Shown piece by piece: positions 50,901 through 64,000 of a stretch of 64,000 bases of DNA. A program made the position numbers and the translations under genes. Below the pieces are notes generated by a model. It was given only the letters and a program-made list of their open reading frames with translations, made no database searches and was not told the origin of the DNA. Positions within the stretch are counted from its first letter, which is position 1, and each line of letters begins with the position of its first letter. This DNA is from the human T2T-CHM13v2.0 reference genome, Homo sapiens, in NCBI RefSeq assembly GCF_009914755.1, contig NC_060929.1; one strand, 5' to 3'.

Positions 50901-53430
50901 AATGAACCTTCAAAAACAGATTAACACCCAACTATCACACCCTGTGTAGTTTACACACATAATCCATATCCCCACAATATCATTGCTCTGCTCATTACAC
51001 GGATAATACTTCTTGCTGGAACTAGTTCACAGCAACTTCAGTCTCTTCCCCAGGCATAAGACAAAACTGGATGGATCTTCCAGAAGGAAGCTTTGTGATA
51101 CTGAGAAAAAAATTAAAATTTTACTCTTAAACCATAAACCAACTGAATATTCGACATATTAACATAGTGTTGACAATGTTTAAATTTCAAGTGTTTTCAT
51201 AACATCAGGTAGTATTTTAAAGAATGTCAAATCATATACAAGGTATTACCTTATGTAAAATGTGCAATTTATTTTTAAATTATCATGGAAATATACTGTT
51301 AAAAAATAAGTTAGTCATATGAGATAACACTCAGCTTTAGATGGTTTTCTCCCAGGTGAAGGTGTTCAGACCATTTGTCATGTGTCCATTTATCATTCTG
51401 CCTAGTTTGAAGACAACACACACATACCATCTTTGAGTACCTGCAACTCCCTCTGGAGAGGAGTCTTTTCTCCAAGACCAATGGTTGTCTTAGCTTTCAG
51501 GATAGTCATGCCAAGATTTTCACATGAATTTCTTGTAAGACTCCTGGTTGTGTAACATTTTCTCTCTCAAAAATCCAGAAGGAACTTTTGAGTATTTGTG
51601 CCATATTAAAGCAAGAAAGGCAAAGATCCAAGTCATATAATAAACAGATCTTATTAAGAAGTTATGATAATATAATGAGCACTATATATAAATGTTTAAT
51701 TCTTTAACAACTATTTTTTAAAGTGATACAAAAAAATATGCCATATGTTTAGAAAGCTCAGCTTTTATTGTCATTTCCTTTTCAGACATGGGATTTTACT
51801 TTATCTTGTTCTATTTTAAACAAATTATTTAGGAGCCACAAATGTTTTGATGTTGGAAAATACCTATGTTAACTGCCAAAAGAAAATTAGGTTATCTACT
51901 AGATTTTCATGCAAAAAGTATTGAGAGAAATGGCCAAGTTCTGCTCCTAAAAAGAAATTACCACTAACCTTGTTTCTCTTCCACCTTTAAAAAAAAAAAT
52001 CTTTAAAATGACAAGGTAATCACAAATTGGAGTTTTAAGGGGCACCTGACTGGCTTGTCAGACTAAAGTAGCATATTAACTACACTCATTGTGGCACCAT
52101 GGAAGCCTCAGTTTTTATCATTTCGATATCCCCTCTAGGGTTTCAATCTTCTCTCTTGGAGCTCAATCATGCTCTGTGATGCTCTGTTCCATCATGAGGA
52201 TGCAAGAGAATTTCTATTTAAAAAAACATTCAGGGGGAGGGGGGAGTGGTATCAGGCACTACTGATTGAGAAGGCATTCCGTGATGATCCCTATTTTCAG
52301 TTAAAATGCGCACTTACAGTTTTGGATTTAACACCCCTGCCTTTGCAGTCAGACAGTCATTTAGCTGGAGTCAATCAAGCGTATGATTAGAAATAATAAC
52401 TCACAAGCAATGAATTCAAAAAGATTAGATCTTTGCCGAAATGCACAAGTACAGATTCCCATTATGCATCCTTTCCTCTCTGGTTTCTAGAGAGCAAACC
52501 AAAAAACAAACAAACAAAAAAATTCTCTTGCACTCTAAAAGCTTGCTTCACTTAAAATCTGACTAATCATTCTTTTAGCTCATGACGAGAAACCTCAGTC
52601 AGTTGGAGATATAATCAACACAAAGGGAGGGGTCGCTCGTCCATCTTTTCTTCCCTCCAGTTACAGCAAAAGCTGTATTTTACACTGAATGAATGGGTCA
52701 GAAGTTAGACACACACACCTTGTTTACATAAAATAAGAAAGATAAATAGACTATGGTTAAAACCCAAAGATACTTAATATCCAAAACAAGAAAGAACAAT
52801 TCTGCATTTATAAATTATTCTTCAAATTATATTTCATTTCAAGATCTGGTATTATATTTTAAGCAGGGGGTTAGAGAGACAGAAAAACTATGTTTGGATT
52901 TAATAAGTATTATATTGAAATCAGTAACCCAAGTTCAATAAAACCTTTCCATGTAGCATCTTTGATGAAGTCAATAGGATTTAATTTCAATAAAGAAGTT
53001 TGGAGAATGAAAGCGAATTATAAGATTTTATTTTATGTGGTACTTTATCTTTAATCAGAGCACATATAATTCATGGTCAAGTGTGCTAATAATGGGTAGA
53101 ATGATTCCAAAGGGGAAAAGATTGACAAAAATGATAAATGTTTTGCTTTAGAATATAATATAGAGGGGATGGGTCGATTTGCCTTCCCAGCTATGCTTGG
53201 TTTAGGCTGCACTACCGCAGCACACACTGATGACACTAACATAATTCATACAAATGATGATAGCAGAGAGCAGCCTGGGACTTGAAAAATTTCTGCAGAT
53301 AAATCCCAAGGCTGAATAAACCACATGTGGGTAACTGAGAGCTGATGCAGTATAGGAAATATACATGAATAAAGTCCATGCACATTCTTTTTAAAAAATA
53401 ATAAATAAAAAGAAAGCTCCAGAGCTGCTC

Positions 53431-53470
53431 GTGTGTGTGTGTATGTGCGTGTGTATGTGTGTCTGTGTGT
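53431..53470. repeat. Imperfect (GT)n microsatellite
   Basis: Directly visible. Confidence 0.85.
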
Positions 53471-54044
53471 ATTCTGGACAAAGGAAGAAAGAAAAGAGCC
53501 ACATTTCAGTTGCTAGTAGAAAGTATCCTGTCAATTATAACAAGTATCTGAACAGTAGCTATATCTGGGCAGTTAGCTTCATCAGTAAAAACTCACTACA
53601 AGTTGTAATCTTACAAAATCACACTGTGAGAACTTTTAGGAGCCAATCCTTTTTACTCAACAAACAAAAATCACATTTTTATAAATCCAAATATTAATTT
53701 GAATGAGTTCAGGTCCTTTTGATTACATCTGAAAATAGCCAGACCTAACATTTCATTTTCTTCCAGGAGCCAATCAGGGGATCAATTTCTACTCCTTTGC
53801 CTGATTGTTATGTCTAAGGGCAGAGAGCACATTAGCAGTTTTGTGGAGGAAACTCTGACCCACCCTTAATGTACTTTTATGGAAGGATCACCAAGAACCA
53901 AATCTAAAGGCTTTTGCCCACTGCATATCTTCAGCTTTAACACAGAAAATATTAACCCTAATTCAGCAGATACCGCTACTCTTATCCTACCTTACCATAA
54001 ATTTAAACCCATAAAAAAACTAAACATTACACATACTTACATGT

Positions 54045-54050
<6 letters not shown>

Positions 54051-54115
<65 letters not shown>
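54051..54115. repeat. Compound (CA)n(GA)n microsatellite
   Basis: Directly visible. Confidence 0.95.
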
Positions 54116-54189
54116 ACCACAGAGTCTCCAAATACAGGAGAAAATGGAACTGGAACAGTATTTCCTACTCACTTAACCATTAATTCTAG

Positions 54190-54312
54190 GAACATTCATT
54201 CAGCACCAACCAGATGCTGGTCACTGTTTTAAAAACCTGGAGAGATATCAAAGTTGATAGAATAGATTTCTGCCTGTTTTGGGGAAGTTTGCTTTCTAAT
54301 CAGAGAAGCAGG
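54190..54312 (-). mobile_element. L2 3' end fragment
   Basis: cattcattcagcaccaaccagatgctgg...ctgcctgttttggggaagtttgctttcta. Confidence 0.5.
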
Positions 54313-54719
54313 TAAAGAGTCACCACCAGCACCACCACCCAATGCTCACAACAGCTTTCCCCGCCACCATTATCTGCAATTTCAGACATGACAATGAAGC
54401 GGGAAAGTAAGTAAAATAGGAAGAAAAGAAAATGCGTATTGAGAGGCAAGTTTGCCTGAAGAGTTTCCACTTGTTCAAAAGGAAATAGGAAGAATTAATA
54501 ACTATTAATAATATAAGTACTATTCTTCTTTTCTACCTTCTAGTGGGAGAACTTGAGATGGGCAATGCAGGATTTGGACTGAAGTGCTCTGTTGCGGCTA
54601 GAGTGAAATTCAAATAGAAGTGGAAACACAATACAGTTTAATTTTTTGCCTGATAGGAGGGCATCTACTTAAAGTAAGTGGACCTATAAAAAACTCAGAT
54701 TCAAAAATCATGCACTTCA

Positions 54720-54855
54720 AGCTGGGCACAGTGGTGTGTACCTACTATAACAGCTACTCACGAAGCGGAGGTGGGGAAGACTGCTAGAAGCCCAGGCACA
54801 GGAGACCATCCTGGACAAAATAGCAAGACGCTGTCTCTGTTTAAAACAAAAAAAA
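54720..54855 (+). mobile_element. FLAM-type free left Alu monomer
   Basis: ~130-bp monomer with A-tail; degenerate TSD aaaaatcatgcacttca / aaaaatcatggatttca. Confidence 0.85.
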
Positions 54856-55691
54856 TCATGGATTTCAAGAAAAAAAAAAGACCCAGCACACAACCTACAA
54901 TCTTTCATTCATTCATTATGCAAAGATTTTCTGAGCTCCTACTATGTACCATGCCCATTCTTGGTACAATATCTTTATGTGCATAGTATATATGCAATCC
55001 AAAATATTCAGCCTGATCAGAAATTCTCCTCTGTTTCTTTTGAAAAAGTAAGGCCAAAGAAGAAATATTTGAGGCTTTCAGTGCTAATTTGATAATAAAA
55101 TCTTGATGTATTTCTGTTACTTGATAATAGTAAAAAAATGTGTGAGCATGAAATTCTAAACAAAATTCATTATATGAACTTGTGACATTCTCATGCACTG
55201 GGTTTTTTTTCTTCCATTTCCAAACACTAATTGACAGCACTTGAAAACAGTGATTCAGCTTCCGCATGTCATATGATTCCTAGGGACTGTAGCTATATTC
55301 CTCAGGCCAGTAGACTGACAAATCAAAAGATAAGAAGTACCTCTCAGCTTCAATCAACTGAAATGTGTCAGAAAATACATTTGGCATAATCTTCAGAAAT
55401 GTCAGATTTGGCGATGACAGGATAGGCACAGTTTTCCTGACAGTTTTAGCACACCAAAGTTTCAGAGTCCGGGTTAGAATGAGAAGGAAAATAACCACTT
55501 TTGTCTGCTATTTTGGAGAAAACTTATACAAAACAAGAGGAAATCTATGACATGCCACTTGAGTCTCTGACTAACATGTTATAAAATGCCTGACTGCCTA
55601 ATTAATGGAATACACAACTTGGGAAAGTGTCCACTAAGATTAAAAAGGAATGAGGTATCTTTTCATATTTTTGCTTAGAAAACCTTCCTAA

Positions 55692-56065
<374 letters not shown>

Positions 56066-56286
56066 AGTTGTGTACTCTTATAAATATGTGTCTCATGAGT
56101 GAAGTAACCAACAGCATTGAGAGAAACTGTTGAGAAACCAAAATGTAACTGAATATATTACATAGCATACCTCCACTTGACCTTGCATGTCATCCATGCA
56201 AGCCTTGCCAAATAAAATATTTAAAAAATCAAAGCAAATTAAAATGCAAGAAGGTAAATTCTAATCTAAATCATGCTCCTTTCTGA

Positions 56287-56602
<316 letters not shown>

Positions 56603-57489
56603 TATCAGCTGGACTTTCTTCTGTCTTTCAGTAGCATCACAATCCTTAGGCCCCCACACACAATCATATTCTACTAATTGTGAATTACAGAAAGAACAGC
56701 TTACTCGTTTCTCTAAGAGACAGTACACAGAGCTAAGACCTTTGTTTCTACCTCTGGCTACAAAACTGTGACTCCTCCAATTTCCCATTTGTAAATAGAT
56801 CTCCAAAAGAAATCAGCCCGAGGGCACTAAATGGCTACAGATCTCTGCAGAAGCACTGTAGGCTGACAGTAGCAAACCTCAGTGAGCTTCTCAGATAGGA
56901 GATACAGAGTGCCTTATTCAGACACTTCCTTCCAAGCCCTCTAACAACTCCAGCTCTGTCAACCTTCATCTGATTTTCATTTATAAATGAAGTTGCACAA
57001 ATCTCCAACAATAAAGAATATTGACAAAATCTTTGTTAACATTTGGCATTTCTCATTTTCTAAAAAACAAAAACAAGATTCCCATTTGGGCAACTCCTAA
57101 TTGTGCTGGCCACGTTTCATTTACTTTCACCACCAATTCAGCAGCAATCTGTCAATATTTGTACCGTAAATTACCAAATACTCTAACTTACTTATTTCAA
57201 ACTGATTGTGCATTTACATATTTATGAACGTTATACACAGAAAGTTAAGATTCATTTCTCTTTTGCCTAAGTCTATACATACAGTCTCCCAATGAGAGAA
57301 GTACCAAGTCAGCTAAAAGAGATGGTTAAAAAATACATTTTTTTCTGACTTAATAATGGGTTCTGTATTTTCAGTATTGCTTCCTTTTCAAGAGAGCAAA
57401 TTGTTTTTCACTATATTTGGCAAATGCAACATAAGATAACACTGCAAAAGACCCTTATTCAATGTATTCCAAGAGTTAATTATTTCAGG

Positions 57490-58770
57490 ATATGTACTCT
57501 TTAGTGAATATTTCTTAAGTATGAACTAAGTGCCCCCTACCATGCATAATTAAGAAAATAGGATGGGGTAAAATAGAGTTGAGAAGTCCCTCCTATTAAC
57601 TTACAGGCTAAAGGAAAAAAATACAGGCAAATAATTACAATATAAAATAAGTACTACGATAATGGAGTTTTATGTGCAAAACTTTAGGTGCAAAGAAGCA
57701 GGAATAACTAATGTGACCTGAGAACTGAAGAATAAACAGGAACCAATAAGGTGGAGCAGAGGAGTAAGAAAAATCCATATTTGGATCATCACGTGTAAGA
57801 GAGTGAGAAAGAATGGAACATTAGGGAAGGGAAAGTAATTTGTTATGTCTAGAAAGTAGTGGATGGGAGGACAATGGTAAATATTAATATGAGAAGATGG
57901 GGCTAGAAGGTAAAGAATCATCCTTTAGGAAATGTGGAACAATCCAAGAATTTTAAGCAAAAGAAAGATGTGATCATATTCACACTTCTGAAAGGCAACT
58001 GTGGCAGACAGGCCTGGCAGAAGATAACTTTAGCAGAAACATCTAGGAGAAAACAGACTGGGGGGCTGGAGTAAGAGAGGACAAAGAAGCACAAAGAAGC
58101 TACCAGACAGGCCCAGGGTTGGGAAGCCGGCTTCTGCTTCCAGCCCTCAGCACTGGCAAGAATCCTTGCAACAGAAAGCAGCACTGGGCCATTCTCTGCC
58201 TAGAAGTGGTCATTCTTCACAGTAGGGATGGGTACCTCATTGAAGGGCAAAAGAAAAATAAATGCTGAGACTTTCAATTTTAGTCTCTCAACCAAAAGGA
58301 TCCCCCTAAAACAATGTGGCCTACTTAAAGTCCAGTCAACAAAATTTCATATCTGATTATATGAGGGAAGCCATGGAACACAAAGCTGTAGAAAACGCAT
58401 TTTGAGACAGGCAAATCCTGAATCCATCTCCTGGCTCCACCCCCCTGAGGCAGCTGATCATGAGAGAGCTACTTTCCAGTTTATTCTTATGTGTAAATAG
58501 GACTAATACCTAATTCACAGGTTTATTATGAGGATTAAATGAGCATTAAACTAGAAAACATGTAATTATTATCACCATCACTATTAAATAATAATGGATA
58601 AAATAACGGGGGATTTAAAAAGAGGAAGGAAAAGAGGATGTCACAGGTACTATTTTGGTAGATTTTAGTTGCTATTAACATAAAAGAAACAAGATGTGAG
58701 TTTGGTTTTAGATGAGCTGTTTTTTAAGGTGAAAAGAGATGGGTGTTGAAGACAGAGGCATTTAAACAGG
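57490..58770 (-). mobile_element. Fragmented L2, interrupted by a MIR
   Basis: gaattttaagcaaaagaaagatgtgatcatattcacacttctgaaagg and tgagttttggtttagatgagctg...aaggtg are L2 antisense motifs. Confidence 0.6.
58370..58585 (+). mobile_element. MIR
   Basis: cctgaatcc...ctggctccac...tgtaaataggactaatacctaattcacaggtttattatgaggattaaatgag. Confidence 0.7.
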
Positions 58771-58919
58771 AGATAATATTGTCCTCCTCTATTTGACTTT
58801 GCCTTGATTTGATCATTTTCAGAACTGTAATGTAACCATGTATCACTCTTCTACTTTTTAACTGAATGCATAACTGCCTTAAGAAAAAAAAAAAAGACTC
58901 AATTTTATAGGTTATTTCC

Positions 58920-59108
58920 CCTGGCAAGTAGGTGATCAAGTATTTACCAATGTGACAAGTCTAAATATGGGACCTACTAGAGGGAGGGAACATGTTCCTC
59001 TTAATTCTTTTTTCTATCCTGCTGCCTAGAAGGTAAGTCTGATGTCTGGAGCCCAAGCAGCCATTGTGAGCCATAAGGACATAAACTACATCCTAAGGAA
59101 TGGCACAG
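58920..59108. mobile_element. MLT1 (MaLR) LTR fragment
   Basis: tgatgtctggagcccaagcagccattgtgagccataagga...ctaaggaatggcacag is typical of MLT1J-like LTRs. Confidence 0.6.
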
Positions 59109-59300
59109 TAGTGGGATTCTCAACTGCTTTGCTACCCTAGCTGCACAGAATCACCCACGAAGCTTTTAATAAAATCCCCATGTCTCACCCTCAAATGTCC
59201 TGACTGAATTGCTGGGTTGGGGTCAACATCTGGATATTTGAGTATGGTTATTAAAACCTTTCCAGGTGAACAAAAATATGAAGCTATGGTTGAAAAATCA
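59108..59300. mobile_element. MER5-family DNA transposon
   Basis: ttctcaac...gctgcacagaatcacc...gctttt...ccaggtga...ggttgaaaaatcac. Confidence 0.65.
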
Positions 59301-59379
59301 CACATCATTATCATCTAATATTATTTAGTATCTTATTCTATCAAGACTTCTGCTAGAATGGCATAACTAGTACTAAAAG

Positions 59380-59978
<599 letters not shown>

Positions 59979-60879
59979 CCAGATGGGTTTTACTTCCTTT
60001 TATTTCATCTAGAGGTACCAGTGAAGATGCTAATGAGCAGTGAGATGGTGGGGCAGGGAGGAGAAGAAAGAGGACACGTAATAGTTAAGATTCATCTCTC
60101 TGAATAATCAGTAGTTAACCTGACTTCTTATTAAGAGTTTGCATTTGTTTTCATGCAAATTTATCTCTGATCTAGATCCAGAAATGTACCAAATACAGTT
60201 TAAATTCCAATATATGAGAAGAAGCACCAAATCCTTACCTATTTTCAGCTTCCTGGGTTATAAATTTAAATAAATCATGTGAAATACATAGAAAAACTCT
60301 TTCTTTCCTAATGTTTAATGATAATTTATAGCCCTAGAACATTTGTAAATTTAACAGCCCATCAAAGTGTCTGAGAGCACACCAGTTCTAAGGACTCATT
60401 AAGTGACATTAAACATAACTTTCCATGAAGTACTGTACAGCATGAATAGGTGGGCAGGCTGGTGAACAGCCATCACTACAATAATTTATTGTTTGTAATT
60501 TTTGCCTTATTACTTCCAAAAACATTTTTTAAAAGAGGAGGGGGAGATTCAAAAAAAAAAAAAAACTACCACTTTGCCAATACTATAAATCACAAAGGCA
60601 GAAAGAGCTTTTATGATCCTAAGGATGTGCTAATTCTTTCTCCAGTCACCCAAAAAATGACAAGAAAGAAGTTTTGTGGTAAAGACTTATAGGATTTTAA
60701 AAATTCATTTCTTTGAACAGGGCTGTATTGTTTCTAAGTCACCTCCTCCCCAAATTCCAAAGATTATCAGTAAAATGAAACTAAAGAAAGGTAGAATTTT
60801 TTTTCCAATACACAAGTGGGGGAGTCGCCTACTTCATCCAATTCACATTCTTAAAATAGAATTTCTTTTGCTCTAGAAA

Positions 60880-61015
60880 TATGCAGAGTTAAGACCCGAA
60901 ATAGGCCTTAATCTAGTATATCTGGATTTTACAATATCACTAAGTGTCACCCTAGTTTTGTCAGGGCATTCATCCTACCTTAATAAGTAAAATGAGGACA
61001 CTAACGATCTATAAT
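60880..61015 (+). mobile_element. MIR fragment
   Basis: Diverged; gtaaaatgaggacacta core. Confidence 0.4.
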
Positions 61016-63106
61016 TAAAAGGTAATATTAACTCAAAGGCAAAAGTGACCCACAGACTAAGTTATAATGACAAAAGTCAATGGCTGAAGTTTAGCCTTCC
61101 GACCTGCATAAGAAACATCCTTCACACATTTTCTTTAAAACAGCCCAATCAGACAGTGAGGAACATTATACAACATTCATGGTTTTCATTCTTTCACTAC
61201 ATGATGGCAGACATAATAGAATTCAAAAGTTTTAACTATCAGTGCATTAAGCATAATGTAATAATTATGCTGATGGCACAATTTTTACTATAAAGTAGAT
61301 CACTTATTTGGTTTAGGCTTAGCCTAAAAGATTGTTTTTTTCCTCTTTTTCTAGACATGTGGTCCAGCACAGGTGTCTATATTCCTTTGTCAAATTCTGG
61401 TTATCACTTTTACTAATTTGGTTGACTAAAAATATTCTCTCCATAAACTTCAACAACTTGATAGTGAGTATCTGCAGCAGAAATAGTCTTCCTGTATAAA
61501 AGTCATGGATTAACTCCACCTCAAAAGAGCAGCCATTTTGAAAATGAACCCATCAAAATCACAAATAACCTTAGCTAATTCCCTTTAGTGTTCTTATGCT
61601 AAGTAACAACATATATAATAGTCCCAAAAAAATTTGTGTCTAGTATATGTGAGGTATTCATTGTTTACCTTTAAAACCTCCTTTCTGAACAACATTAAGA
61701 GAAAACAATACGGTTTTCACAAAAATTATATTTTATATATAAACATTCATTTACCAACTACTTAATACAATTTCAGCCAAACAAAAATAGCTTCAGTAAT
61801 TTGTACTGGGTTAACTTTAACATTCCTGTAGCTTTCTGTGTTTTTATCCAGCATGCATGCACAATGCTGGCCTTAACGCAATTCAAAATGTGAACATGTA
61901 AATATGTCTGAGAGATTTATTAATTGAAAGTAGCGGAAACTCACCAAAATAACTTCCAAACTTACGCTGTAGCAACTAATTTTTGAAATACTATGCAGAG
62001 CTAATAAAGAAGGAAACTTTTTAAAATTTTTATTTCTGAATAGCCATTGGTTTGACTCAACTGAGAAAATTTCATTGGCTGTTTTGACATTAGGTGGCCA
62101 GCTGGTATATACTCTAATTTCACAGGTGAGGTTTTTGAGATTGTCTATGCATTCTTATATGCAGCTACCACCAATAAGTAAGAAAGAATGATTATTGAAT
62201 TCAATCACCAATTTCTCCCAATATATATGTACAAAGCAGAACAAAGAAAAATAAAAAAAAAATCACCAGCAGGCAGCATGCCTTGTTGATTATTTTCCCA
62301 TCACTAATAACAATTTATATAAACTACAAAACATGTTATAATTTGAAGCAATTTATTCACATCTAAAATTATTACTCTAATTCCTTATTAATTGGTGTTA
62401 AGTAAGAATTACCAGATTATTCCAAAGCTAATATTGCATAACAGCAAGCAGAAACAGGTTTAGCAATCATCTAAAATTAGCTTATTCACTGGAAAATAAA
62501 GATTGAATGTTAAGGTATAAAATTATTCTAAATCCCCAAACACACCAGAACCAATTGTGAAATTAAAATATGACACTTTCCATAATTCAAACTACAGTAC
62601 TTGATTTTCATCTTTCTCCTCAGCTACCCCTAAATTAAATTAGTCTTATTGATTATAACTCAGAAATCCCTGTCTTGTTACTATGATTTTCAAATTTTAA
62701 TGAAATGTACAATTTAGTTGAACATAGTTAAGTTGGTTTTCTTAAATTACAATATAGAAGATTAAGTATAGGCTCAACAAATCTCCTCATTACTATAGCT
62801 ACAGACACAGTGAAAGCCAATTCCTTTGCTTGCTTATGACAACTGATAAATTCATGCATTACAAACCTGTTTTCAAGTCTGTCATGACAGATGATCACTC
62901 ACTGAAGTAAGATCTTATGAACTGATTATCAGTGTTATTTAATGAAGCACTGGCTGCACCTAGGTACTGGAGTGAAATAGAAGTCCTAGTCCAATTAAAA
63001 TGTGGTGCTGTGTACAAATGGTTGTTAATAACTTTAGTAAATGCAGAACCACCATTTGAAATTCACAAGTCATCATCCTAGCAAACAGAATAGTACACAG
63101 TATGTC

Positions 63107-63421
63107 TTCTTTTTTTTTCTTACTATTTTTTTGAGACAAGTTCTTACTCTGGCTCTATCACCCAGAGTGGAGTGAAGTAGCGCAGCCATAGCTCACTGTA
63201 ACCTCAAACTCCTGAGCTCAAAGGATCTTCCTCCCTTAGGTAGTAGCTAGGACTATAGGTACACACCACCACACCTGGCTAATTAATTTAAAAAAAATTT
63301 TTTTTAGAGATGGGATATCTCTATGTTGCCCAGACTGGTCTCAAACTCCTGGCCTCCAGCAATCCTCCCACCTCACCTCCCAAAGCCCTGGGACTGCAAG
63401 CATGAGCCACCATGCCCAGCT
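63107..63421 (-). mobile_element. AluJ-type SINE
   Basis: Diverged antisense dimer ending gagccaccatgcccagct. Confidence 0.93.
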
Positions 63422-64000
63422 ATATTTTCTGTAAATTGCTAATGAGAATGAAACATGTATGCTGTGGACAGAAGCCTTGTTGGACCTAGAGCCCATGCTG
63501 GGTCCTTTGCCTTAATAAAACATAACTCTGGCATTACATATATAATTAACAGCCTCAAAGAACATGTTTCTTTATTAAACTCTGACTGTTTCAGCATTAT
63601 TTTCAGTACATTTAGATTTAAGTTTGGTTTTGATTTTTTTTAACTTAAGTGAAAAGTATTTCTTTCTTATCAGCATTTCTTTGACATTCACAGTTGGTGG
63701 TGCCCTGAGCAAAAATGAATGGATGCCTAGACCACCCCAGACCATTCCTCCTTCCTCCCCAAACCAAAGCTGTGGAACTAACTCTTAACTGTCTTATTTG
63801 TAAACAGTGGCTGTATTCATGGCTAATATTGTAAGATTTTCTGTATAGTATCATCAAATTTAATAATTCCTTAACAGGAACTGTTCATTAAGGGTTGCTT
63901 TCTATTAAAAAATAGGTATGTGCTACCTTTTCAATCTTCTTCTCATAATATTTGAGTGATTTATTTCCATTTTGAATCTTTCTGTTTGTTAACTTTGGTG

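Overview
This is AT-rich primate genomic DNA. A near-consensus AluYb8 at 59581-59901 indicates it is human. I find no credible protein-coding gene: the supplied ORFs are short chance ORFs or derive from Alus and microsatellites. The window looks mostly like intronic sequence and the 3' end of a minus-strand, spliced, apparently non-coding transcript. Support for this is a set of exon candidates with good splice sites (38129-38302, 14617-14802, 9867-9927, and a strong terminal acceptor at 8785), minus-strand poly(A) signals, and an A>T skew on the + strand. I cannot identify the locus from sequence. LINC01619/C12orf79 near BTG1 is a loosely held guess only. Other content: 12 Alus plus 2 monomers, many MIR/L2/L1M/DNA-transposon fossils, two long TA-rich arrays, a near-perfect CTCF motif in a CpG-rich patch (~9.07 kb), and a repeat-poor block with a dense TCF/LEF motif cluster (46.3-47.7 kb). 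I see no convincing new biological system. The best leads are the putative Wnt-responsive enhancer, the CTCF site, a splice-assembled 117-codon ORF and the young AluYb8. Repeat family calls come from recalled consensus sequences, and old-repeat boundaries are approximate.
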